DNA from: Candidatus Omnitrophota bacterium
Lineage (GTDB): Bacteria > Omnitrophota > Gorgyraeia > 2-01-FULL-45-10
Length of the DNA: 32,000 nucleotides
Direction: 5' to 3'
Assembly (NCBI GenBank): GCA_023818895.1
Contig: JAMWCX010000001.1
Coordinates: forward strand, 209,789 to 241,788
A model generated the notes under the pieces. It did no database searches. It saw only the letters and a program-made list of their open reading frames with translations, and was not told where the DNA came from. Position 1 is the stretch's first letter. Each line of letters begins with the position of its first letter. The translations under genes were made by a program, and so were the position numbers. Shown in pieces: positions 24,713-32,000 of the stretch.

Positions 24713-25689
24713 AAGAGGCTTCCTTGGTCTATCTTCTTTATCTCCTGAAGCTTAATCCGAAATTGAGGACTGAACGCGTAGATAAAACCGCCGACGACGC
24801 TCGTTATCAGCATGCAAACTATGACGAGTATACTTACAGCAAAGGCGTTGGCGTTTCCTATAATCGGACCGAATAGCACTACCGTTGCGCCCTCTCGTAC
24901 TCCCAGCCCGTTTATAGAAGGCAGCAGGCTCATCATGCCTACAACCGGCATGCGCAACAGCACGTCAATCGTGCTTATTCGCGAACCTATGCTCAAGGCC
25001 AAAAGACCGAAGAAAGTGAAATAAAAGATCTGGCTGGCTACCGATATTGCGATCGTCTTGAGCATAAGAATCCGGTGATGTCTGTATATGTTGATAGCGT
25101 CATACACTTTAACGAGCTTATCCTCGATGGGTTTCATTAGAGTTAGAAGCACCGAGAAGCGCTTGGCGAAACTTTTACTGGCCATAAAGAATATGCCTAA
25201 AGCTGAGGCGGCGGTGATTATATATATGGCATAGCGAACCTTGTTGTCGACTATAGCTTGCTTAACAAAAAACAACGCAACGAATGCCATAAATATCATA
25301 GTAATAAGTCCTATTGCCCTGTCCACAAATACGGAGGTGTAGGAACCGGTGCTATTGGAGCTATGTTTGGAGAGGTAATAGGCTTTGACAATATCGCCGC
25401 CGATGGCCGTCGGAAGAAAGTTATTGAAAAAATAGCCTAGCAGGGTGAGAGAAAATGCCTCAGCAAAAGTTGCGGAGATGTTCTGGGCTTCTATTATAAG
25501 CCTAAGTCTAACGGAAGCCGTGACAAGAGCAAGTGCAAGCGCCGCAAGCGCCAGGACTAGTATCGGAATGCTGGCGCCTTTCAAAACAGAGACAATTCGA
25601 TTATATTTATCCCTCATAATATATAATAATACCATTATAAGGATAATACTTACGCTAATACGTATAATGGAAGATAACTTGGCCGTCAT
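24709..25689 (-). CDS. flippase-like / lysylphosphatidylglycerol-synthase TM-region (UPF0104) family membrane protein
   Basis: 326 aa and polytopic (about 8 hydrophobic segments). LLGYFFNNFLPTAIGGDIVKAYYLSK and LPSINGLGVREG resemble conserved UPF0104 blocks, from memory. Confidence 0.65.
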   Translation of the reverse strand: MTAKLSSIIRISVSIILIMVLLYIMRDKYNRIVSVLKGASIPILVLALAALALALVTASVRLRLIIEAQNISATFAEAFSLTLLGYFFNNFLPTAIGGDIVKAYYLSKHSSNSTGSYTSVFVDRAIGLITMIFMAFVALFFVKQAIVDNKVRYAIYIITAASALGIFFMASKSFAKRFSVLLTLMKPIEDKLVKVYDAINIYRHHRILMLKTIAISVASQIFYFTFFGLLALSIGSRISTIDVLLRMPVVGMMSLLPSINGLGVREGATVVLFGPIIGNANAFAVSILVIVCMLITSVVGGFIYAFSPQFRIKLQEIKKIDQGSLL

Positions 25690-25735
25690 GGGTAATATAA
25701 TCTAACATAACAGGCATTTTAAGTAAAGAAGAAAG

Positions 25736-26677
25736 TTAGGCGGGGTTCTTATGTTCGAGGCTGGCGATGTGTTGCTCAAGCTTTGTCATGGCCGGCTGGG
25801 CGTCATTTGAGTGCTTGGAATAGGCGTTGGCGATATGACCGATTATAATATTGTATATTGACTTGAAACGCTCGTAGTCGTTCCGCATGCCTGTGACTTT
25901 CCCTAGAATATCTCTCGCATTTTCTTCTATTTTGAGGGCTTTCATCCCTTGGAGTATAGTCATGAGGTATGGATAAATAGTCTGTGGCGATGTCGGATAA
26001 ACCCGTTTTTTAATCGCATATTCCATTAGAATATTGTCTTCTCCGAACTGCTGGTTCTTTACGAAGGCCTCGTAATAAACGCTCTCCGAAGCTATGTACA
26101 TCAACGCGAAATCCGTTGTTTTTTCGCCTGGTAATATGTATTTTGATGTCTCGTCTATTCTCTTCTTGACGGCAGCAACAAAGGACCGCCAGTGGCTGCG
26201 CTTTGCGGCTTCATCGGTTGCTGCAAGCATCTTGTTAAAATCCTCAAGCGAAAGTTTAGAATCCACAGGCACCATGCAATCCTTGAACTTTATCGCGAAA
26301 TCCACGGTGCCCGCGCTTAAGCGCACCTGGGTCTGGTATGCGTCGGCCGGCAGTATATCATGCAGCGCTTTTTCAAGCAGCCTCTCTCCGGCGGAACCAG
26401 CGCCTTTCGGCATTATAAACAGATTGCGTAAGTTGGTAACCTCATTTGCAACGCTTGTTATCTGCTCAGCCTTCTGGTTCAGGCTTCCCATGCGCATGTT
26501 AAGACTCTCTATTGTATCTGAGGCCTGTTTCCTTATCTCATCAGCCAGCGGTATTTTCTCGCTCAACATGCGCAATCCGTCGGATATATCTTTGATGCGG
26601 ATCGTCATATAAAATACCGACAAGCCGAGAGCCGCCAATATCACGATAAGCACCACAGCCACTACGATCAGCATCAT
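25736..26677 (-). CDS. rmuC: RmuC family DNA recombination/nuclease-like protein with N-terminal TM anchor
   Basis: The ATG at 26677 has AGGA 6 nt upstream and lies 7 nt after the upstream stop; the track start 26710 is a TTG. The protein has a TM helix and a coiled segment. PVDSKLSLEDF...DFALMYIASESVYYEAF...YPTSPQTIYPYL parallels the RmuC core. Confidence 0.65.
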   Translation of the reverse strand: MMLIVVAVVLIVILAALGLSVFYMTIRIKDISDGLRMLSEKIPLADEIRKQASDTIESLNMRMGSLNQKAEQITSVANEVTNLRNLFIMPKGAGSAGERLLEKALHDILPADAYQTQVRLSAGTVDFAIKFKDCMVPVDSKLSLEDFNKMLAATDEAAKRSHWRSFVAAVKKRIDETSKYILPGEKTTDFALMYIASESVYYEAFVKNQQFGEDNILMEYAIKKRVYPTSPQTIYPYLMTILQGMKALKIEENARDILGKVTGMRNDYERFKSIYNIIIGHIANAYSKHSNDAQPAMTKLEQHIASLEHKNPA

Positions 26678-26684
26678 CCCAATC

Positions 26685-27074
26685 CTATTTTTTTCCGACT
26701 TTTGAGACAAACCGCATTCTCAGATCGTATAGTATCGATTCTAGAGCACCGCTCTCCTCGCTGGTAAGGTTGTTTTTCGTTTTCTCCTGAAGCATGGCCA
26801 GAGTATCTATTACGAACTTCGCATGCGCCAGATTCCTATCTTTCTTTTTACTAAGCGGGTTTTCTATCTCTCCGAGGGCAACAAGGGCCTCCATCATTAG
26901 ACTGGATATAAATACTCCAAAGCTCGCTTCGGGCATTTCTCGGCCCGCCTGGTCTGGAGGCGTTTCCTTATCCCTATTTACCGACTCTTTCCAAGCCTCG
27001 TCGACCTTCTTCTGCATCGTTTCGGCTGAGTCAGTTTTGGTCGGTCTTATATTGTCGGTTTTGTCGTTTTCCAT
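26685..27074 (-). CDS. DUF1844 domain protein
   Basis: The ATG at 27074 lies 1 nt after the patatin stop. FGVFISSLMMEALVALGEIENPLSKKKDRNLAHAKFVIDTLAMLQEKTKNNLTSEESGALESILYDLRMRFV matches the DUF1844 pattern, from memory. Confidence 0.65.
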   Translation of the reverse strand: MENDKTDNIRPTKTDSAETMQKKVDEAWKESVNRDKETPPDQAGREMPEASFGVFISSLMMEALVALGEIENPLSKKKDRNLAHAKFVIDTLAMLQEKTKNNLTSEESGALESILYDLRMRFVSKVGKK

Positions 27075-27075
27075 T

Positions 27076-27864
27076 TTACAGCTTAAGCTCCTTCTTGATC
27101 TGTCCGATCCGCCGTTCCGCTGCCTGACGGCCCTTTTCAATTATTTCCGAATAGCGGTGGAAGGCTGTCTGGTCTATGTCATCTGGCAGATCTACCTTTA
27201 TTACAGCGTCGGCCTCCTCCGACTGATATCGGTTAAGCTCCTCGCCTGTGATCTGGAATGACTGGACTATCATCTGAAATATGTTATCAATCCTGCCGCG
27301 CTTGACGCAAAAACCTACATCGACTGCTATGGTATAAGCATCGCCCATCTGTCGCGCTATTCTTGTAGGTACGCTGTGTTTTATACCGCCGTCCACCAGC
27401 AGCCGCCCGTCTATCCTGACGGGGTTGAATATTCCGGGCCATGAGCAGCTGGCGCGAACGACTTTAACCAGATCACCCTTTGTATAGACTATCTCTTCCG
27501 CCTTCTCTATGTCGGTGGTAACCACCGCAAGCGGTATCCTGCAATCCGCAAACGTCCTTGAATCAAGAAGATCTTTTATTATCAATTCCAGCTTATCGCC
27601 CGCCAGGAGCCCCATCTTTGGCACAGTTGGATCGAGCAGTTTCTTAAGCGTGAAACCTGCTGCGCGCTGTTGCATCTGGTCCGGCGTTATGCCCGTTGCA
27701 TATGCGGCGCCTACCAGAGCGCCCATACTTGTGCCTACTATCAAACTTATCGGCAACCCCTCCCTCTCGAGCACCCTCAGTACACCAATATGCGCTATCC
27801 CTCTGGCCGATCCACCGCCAAGCACCAGAGTTACCGCTTTTTTCTTTTTCGCGAACAATCTCAC
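27076..27864 (-). CDS. patatin-like phospholipase
   Basis: 262 aa with a GTG start. Motifs are LVLGGGSARGIAHIGVL (GGGxR/KG oxyanion), GTSMGA (GxSxG nucleophile) and LVDGGI (catalytic Asp-Gly-Gly). Confidence 0.85.
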   Translation of the reverse strand: MRLFAKKKKAVTLVLGGGSARGIAHIGVLRVLEREGLPISLIVGTSMGALVGAAYATGITPDQMQQRAAGFTLKKLLDPTVPKMGLLAGDKLELIIKDLLDSRTFADCRIPLAVVTTDIEKAEEIVYTKGDLVKVVRASCSWPGIFNPVRIDGRLLVDGGIKHSVPTRIARQMGDAYTIAVDVGFCVKRGRIDNIFQMIVQSFQITGEELNRYQSEEADAVIKVDLPDDIDQTAFHRYSEIIEKGRQAAERRIGQIKKELKL

Positions 27865-27876
27865 CGTTGTCGCTTC

Positions 27877-28689
27877 CTATTTTACTATTATACCGGCATA
27901 TCCGACTACTGCGGAATAGTCTCCGGACGCATCACCGCTCGTCTGATATCTCACAAGATTCGCTTTCGTGGCACCGAGCTCTTTAGCGGCAACGATCATT
28001 ATCGCTGCCGGCGCATAGCCGCACATCGATATGTCGTATTCCGCAACCACTTCCAAAAGCCTTTTTTCATCCAGCTTTAATATGGCATCTATGGCTATGA
28101 AATCTTTTCTCTTCGCGCTCTCTTGTGATTCATAATGAGTCATATCGCTGGAGGCTATTATAGTCACCTCCTTCTCCGCCTTCAGTTCCTTTACGGCCTT
28201 TGCTAGAGCCCTGCCAACATCGCGATACTCTTCGAGTCCGGCATATGATATCACCAGAGGAACGAATGTGAAATCTTTCTGCAGGACTTGCAAGAATGGC
28301 AGTTGCACCTCCACGGAATGCTCATGGGCGTGAGAAAGGCTATCGTCACGGACAAGGTGCGAGTGTTTTTTTATGGCTTCGGCGAGAGGCTTATCTATCA
28401 GGACATCGCCCAGAGGCGTTTTCCATGAAGAGCTGGTATCGAGGCCAATCTGCGAACCAAGTCCCGTGTGGTTTGGCCCTATTATAATATAAGATTTACG
28501 AGGCTTTATAGATGACAAGACGCTTCCGGCTACGGCTCCAGAGTAGATATAGCCAGCATGGGGACAGACAACCCCTATGGCGTCTTCCCTCGCCGCCTTT
28601 GAATCTATCAGCGCTTCGACCTCTCGCGTAAGTGAATTTTTCGACGCGGGGTAGAATGCTCCCGCAACCACTGGATTTCGAACAGTCAT
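27877..28689 (-). CDS. AmmeMemoRadiSam system protein B (Memo-like)
   Basis: 270 aa with RNPVVAGAFYPAS, VCPHAGYIYSGAVAG, HAHEHSVEVQLPFLQ, ASSDMTHY and MCGYAPA, which are the Memo-family blocks. ATGA overlap with the upstream stop. Confidence 0.8.
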   Translation of the reverse strand: MTVRNPVVAGAFYPASKNSLTREVEALIDSKAAREDAIGVVCPHAGYIYSGAVAGSVLSSIKPRKSYIIIGPNHTGLGSQIGLDTSSSWKTPLGDVLIDKPLAEAIKKHSHLVRDDSLSHAHEHSVEVQLPFLQVLQKDFTFVPLVISYAGLEEYRDVGRALAKAVKELKAEKEVTIIASSDMTHYESQESAKRKDFIAIDAILKLDEKRLLEVVAEYDISMCGYAPAAIMIVAAKELGATKANLVRYQTSGDASGDYSAVVGYAGIIVK

Positions 28690-29597
28690 CGTGCCTTTCC
28701 GAATATCTTTAAAAGAGTATCGCGCCCAGCCCGAATATCGTTTGCTGTGGCCGGCTGGTGGACTTCCATGACCAGTATAGTATCCGGTCGTATATAAGGC
28801 GTTACTGTGCTAAAATCGAAGGCGCCCTGACCGGGTGATTTGTGGTCATTTACAAGGCCTATTATATCATGTAGGTGTATGCCTATCAAGCGGGCCGAGA
28901 ACCTGTCGAGAAGGTCCCTGTGAGGGCATAAACCAAGTCTGTCAAATACCTCAGCATGGCCTACATCGTGCCAGTAGTAAATTTCGCCTTCCCCAAAATG
29001 GCTAAAAATAAGCTCCATCTCATCCATGATCGGTATTTCAGCATAATAATATCGGTTCTCGATCCCTACGGCCACCCCTTTTTTCACGGCGTAAGGCACT
29101 ATCTCCTCCAAGCTTTTCATAACGCTGTCTAGATAGACCTGTCTCTTTTCGAGTCTTTGACTGACCATCTGTGCGCGCAAAGCGGCGAACTTTTCCGTAT
29201 CTGGGCTAAGGGATGCCAGCTCGCGCGTCCTGTCTTTGATCTCAACTCTGCCAGCATGCAGCACGATTGCCTTGGCGCCGAATTTTTTAGCATAATCGAT
29301 GGTGTTTCTGGCGGCGTCCACCGCAAGCCTACGCTCCGCCTCATCCTGCGAAGATAGGTTGTAATAGTCGGGGGTGGCGAAGCGAGGATCGATCTCGCCA
29401 GGCAGAGGGCACATATTATGCAGGCTGGAGACTTTTATTTGTCCCGACAATTGTAATGTCAGTATGTCCTCTATCACTTGAGGGGTGAGGGCGAAGTTGA
29501 GCTCAACAGAATCGAAACCGGTATCCTTAACTTCCCGTATAAGGTCAAAACCATTATCGTGTTTAGCGGAGTTCCATGAGGTTGAAAGACTTATCAT
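28686..29597 (-). CDS. xylose-isomerase-like TIM-barrel protein (sugar phosphate isomerase/epimerase family)
   Basis: 303 aa. The divalent-metal-ligand pattern of the family is present: VLHAG, GIENRY, WHDVGHA, IHLHD and VMEVH. ATGA overlaps occur at both ends. Confidence 0.7.
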   Translation of the reverse strand: MISLSTSWNSAKHDNGFDLIREVKDTGFDSVELNFALTPQVIEDILTLQLSGQIKVSSLHNMCPLPGEIDPRFATPDYYNLSSQDEAERRLAVDAARNTIDYAKKFGAKAIVLHAGRVEIKDRTRELASLSPDTEKFAALRAQMVSQRLEKRQVYLDSVMKSLEEIVPYAVKKGVAVGIENRYYYAEIPIMDEMELIFSHFGEGEIYYWHDVGHAEVFDRLGLCPHRDLLDRFSARLIGIHLHDIIGLVNDHKSPGQGAFDFSTVTPYIRPDTILVMEVHQPATANDIRAGRDTLLKIFGKAR

Positions 29598-32000
29598 TTT
29601 GAGGCTATAACAACTTCGGCGTAGGCTTCCGGATTGAAATACTTCTGAGCTACTCGTTTCAAGTCCGCCGGGCCGATCTTCTCTATCTCGTCCTCGTATT
29701 TATAAACGTTCTCAGCCCCCAGCCCGTAAAGCTCGTCCAACGCGCAGGTCACCGAGAAGAATTCATTAGTCTGGCATGCTATTCGTCGCAGGGAAGCAAG
29801 CTCACGTTTTGCGATAACTACTTCGTCATCAGCAATAGTCTCATTCCTTATTTTATTTATCTCGTTAACCAGAGCCTTGCCTGTGGCGATTATCTTATCC
29901 TTTGTGGTGGCCACGTATAAAGCAAAAAAACCTGCATCCAAACCCTGTTTTTGGACACAGCCCAGAGAGTAGGCCAGCGATTGCTTGCTGCGCAATTCGT
30001 TGAAGAGTCTGCCCGAGGAACCGGAAAGGACCGAGCCCAGGACTTCGAGCGCGTATCTATCCGGGTCCTTTACTGTCGTGGTCACAAATCCCATAAGGAC
30101 AAGACTCTCTTCTCTGTCCGCCTCATAAGAAGATCGCTTTACCTCTCCAAGCCTTGAGACTTGACTGCCCAAGACCGGTGTCTTTCCGGCACTTAAGGCC
30201 GAGAAGGTATTTTTTATAGTTTCGATAATCTGCGTGGCATCCACGTCCCCAGATACGGACAAGACCATATTGTTAGAAACACAATAGTTTTTATAAAACG
30301 AGACTAGATCACTGCGCGTGAGCGAATTTATAGTATCCTCGCTACCAAGATATCTAAAGGCGTAGGGCGATGATCCGAATAAATCGGCGCGCAGCTTGTT
30401 TAGACCATCCTGAAATATGTCGTCGTCCTCCTCTTTCATGGCCGCTATAATAAGGGACTTTTCCTTATCGATCTCCTCTTGAGGGAAGTCGCTATCTTTA
30501 ATGATATCTTTTATAAGTTCTAGGGTCTCCTCGACATTCGGTTTTAACACTTCCACCGTTACGCCGAAAGCGTTGAATCCGCTGAAAGAATCTATCTTGC
30601 CTCCCAATCGTTCTATATAACCTTTTATTTGACTCTCATCCCTTTTTTCTGTACCTTTAAGCAACATCCTCGCTGTAAGGTTTGAGATACCGTTATTACG
30701 GCTGCTTTCAGCGGCAAGCCCTCCTAGCATTGCCACAGTTATAAATGCGGACGGAACCTTATGATCCTCCCGAACCAGCACCCTGAGCCCATTTGAAAGA
30801 ACGACCTTTTTGATCTCGTCTTTTGCCGGTTGATAACGCCGCGTTATCTTCTCAGCCGCGTACCCTTTAGGAACTATCCGAGCTACCGTCATATTCTCGG
30901 GCCTTAAATACTTATTCGCCACCCTTTTTACGTCCTCCGCCGAGACCGCCTGCACACCTATCACGTACTTACGTGAAAAATCATAATTTCCGGTTAGGGC
31001 ATAACTTAACGAGATGGCATCAGCCTGGCCGTCGACGGTCTGGAGTATCGCTATGTGATCGGCCAGTATCATATTTCGAGCCGACTCAAGCTCATCCTCA
31101 TCGATCTCGCCGGACTTGAGGGCTTCGATTTCGGATGTGACAGCCTTTTCTACATATTCAAGATTGTCTTTATCCAGTATCGCCGTTATCACAAAAAGGC
31201 CCGGCTCGGCAGGTGTGTAGTTCCAGGCCGATACCGAATAGACGACGCCGTCCTCCTTGAGAAGTTTTTTGTTCAGTCGTGAGTTGTCGCCGCGTCCGAG
31301 CAAGATAGAAAGGACATCCATAGCGAACAGGTCTGAGTCAAGCAGGCCTGTCGAGTGGAATCCGATGGCAAGATATGCCAGGGGGGTCGACTTTTCCTCC
31401 TCAGCGCGTCTTGTGGTAATCTGCCGCGGCTCTGGATAGCTTGAACCCCATGCGCGATAGTCGGGCGGCCTGAAGATCCTAAACGCTCCCTCCGCCAGCG
31501 ATATCGCATAGTCTTCGTCTATATCCCCGACGATCGTAACGATAATCCTATTCGGCGAATACATCCTGTTGTAATAGCGCAAGGCATCCTCGCGCGTCAA
31601 GGCTCGAAAAGGTTCCCTATAGCCGATGGGAGGATATTTATAGGGATGGCGCAGGTAGGCTGTTTCGTGAAGAAGCCTTATCAATCTTGATTGGGGCTCG
31701 TCCTCGTTGAGATTTATCTCATTTAGTATGACCTCCTTTTCCTTGGCAAGCTCCTTGTTGTCGAAAGTCGCGTTCAAGAGCATATCGCTCAATATGGAGA
31801 GGGCCTGCGGAAAATATTTAGACGGTAAAACGATGCGGTAATCCGTCATATCTTTAGATACCGAGCCATTTATTATACCACCGTAGGATTTGACCTCCCT
31901 TTCTATGTCGCCGACGCCTCGTGAAGAGGTCCCTTTGAAGACCATGTGCTCTACCAGATGCGATATTCCCGTCCCGAGGTATTCCCCCTCGGTGCTCTCG
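29594..32000 (-). CDS. tandem (two-unit) M16 family zinc peptidase, N-terminus beyond the right window edge
   Basis: The reading frame stays open upstream of the track Met to the window edge: ...ESTEGEYLGTGISHLVEHMVFKGTSSRG. This contains the inverted zinc motif HxxEH (HLVEH). The second M16 unit (VVLSNGLRVLVREDHKVP...GISNLTARMLLKGTEKR) lacks HxxEH, as in fused active/inactive M16 pairs. Confidence 0.85.
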   Translation of the reverse strand, partial: ESTEGEYLGTGISHLVEHMVFKGTSSRGVGDIEREVKSYGGIINGSVSKDMTDYRIVLPSKYFPQALSILSDMLLNATFDNKELAKEKEVILNEINLNEDEPQSRLIRLLHETAYLRHPYKYPPIGYREPFRALTREDALRYYNRMYSPNRIIVTIVGDIDEDYAISLAEGAFRIFRPPDYRAWGSSYPEPRQITTRRAEEEKSTPLAYLAIGFHSTGLLDSDLFAMDVLSILLGRGDNSRLNKKLLKEDGVVYSVSAWNYTPAEPGLFVITAILDKDNLEYVEKAVTSEIEALKSGEIDEDELESARNMILADHIAILQTVDGQADAISLSYALTGNYDFSRKYVIGVQAVSAEDVKRVANKYLRPENMTVARIVPKGYAAEKITRRYQPAKDEIKKVVLSNGLRVLVREDHKVPSAFITVAMLGGLAAESSRNNGISNLTARMLLKGTEKRDESQIKGYIERLGGKIDSFSGFNAFGVTVEVLKPNVEETLELIKDIIKDSDFPQEEIDKEKSLIIAAMKEEDDDIFQDGLNKLRADLFGSSPYAFRYLGSEDTINSLTRSDLVSFYKNYCVSNNMVLSVSGDVDATQIIETIKNTFSALSAGKTPVLGSQVSRLGEVKRSSYEADREESLVLMGFVTTTVKDPDRYALEVLGSVLSGSSGRLFNELRSKQSLAYSLGCVQKQGLDAGFFALYVATTKDKIIATGKALVNEINKIRNETIADDEVVIAKRELASLRRIACQTNEFFSVTCALDELYGLGAENVYKYEDEIEKIGPADLKRVAQKYFNPEAYAEVVIASK

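Noticed and set aside
25736-27864. Patatin phospholipase, DUF1844 and RmuC nuclease-like protein as a possible CBASS-like or effector-type defence cluster.
   Set aside because: No cyclase, nucleotidyltransferase, sensor ATPase or other signature defence partner is present. Patatin, DUF1844 and RmuC each occur widely as stand-alone housekeeping genes, and adjacency in this tightly packed genome is weak evidence.
1-32000. CRISPR arrays, tandem or interspersed repeats, IS elements, prophage genes, rRNA or other large ncRNAs.
   Set aside because: No non-coding stretch exceeds 94 nt, and no repeat-spacer periodicity or transposase- or integrase-like translation was seen in any frame. Short dispersed repeats cannot be excluded without a computational self-comparison.

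Overview
The window is about 98% coding. All 39 CDS and the one tRNA I can support lie on the minus strand. The largest non-coding gap is 94 nt, and many junctions are 4-nt start/stop overlaps (ATGA, GTGA, TTGA). I found no rRNA, CRISPR array, transposase, integrase or long repeat. Most genes are housekeeping. They cover shikimate (aroB, aroQ), acetyl-CoA carboxylase (accB, accC), thiamine (thiC, yjbQ), ADP-heptose (gmhA, rfaE2/hldC), a phosphofructokinase with a PPi-type signature, envelope and division proteins (SPOR, NlpD-like, Asp23/AmaP) and tRNA-Gly(CCC). Four gene strings deserve a second look. (1) HD-GYP sensor, small wHTH, UvrD helicase fused to a Cas4/AddB-type Fe-S nuclease, and a membrane protein, bracketed by the two best sigma70-like promoters in the window. 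(2) An ATPase translationally coupled to a YfcE phosphoesterase and a thymidylate-synthase-like gene, followed by HIT and dGTPase-like genes. (3) An orphan AmmeMemoRadiSam-B (Memo-like) gene coupled to a TIM-barrel enzyme and a tandem M16 peptidase. (4) A thiC with no room for a riboswitch, flanked by a stand-alone ThiE-N-like domain and a PfkB kinase, ending directly on the tRNA. None matches a named defence or mobile system that I recognise, and in a genome packed this tightly adjacency is weak evidence of function. Gene content suggests an uncultivated anaerobe, possibly PVC/Omnitrophota-like, but this is inference only. All family assignments come from motifs read in the translations and from memory; no database search was run.
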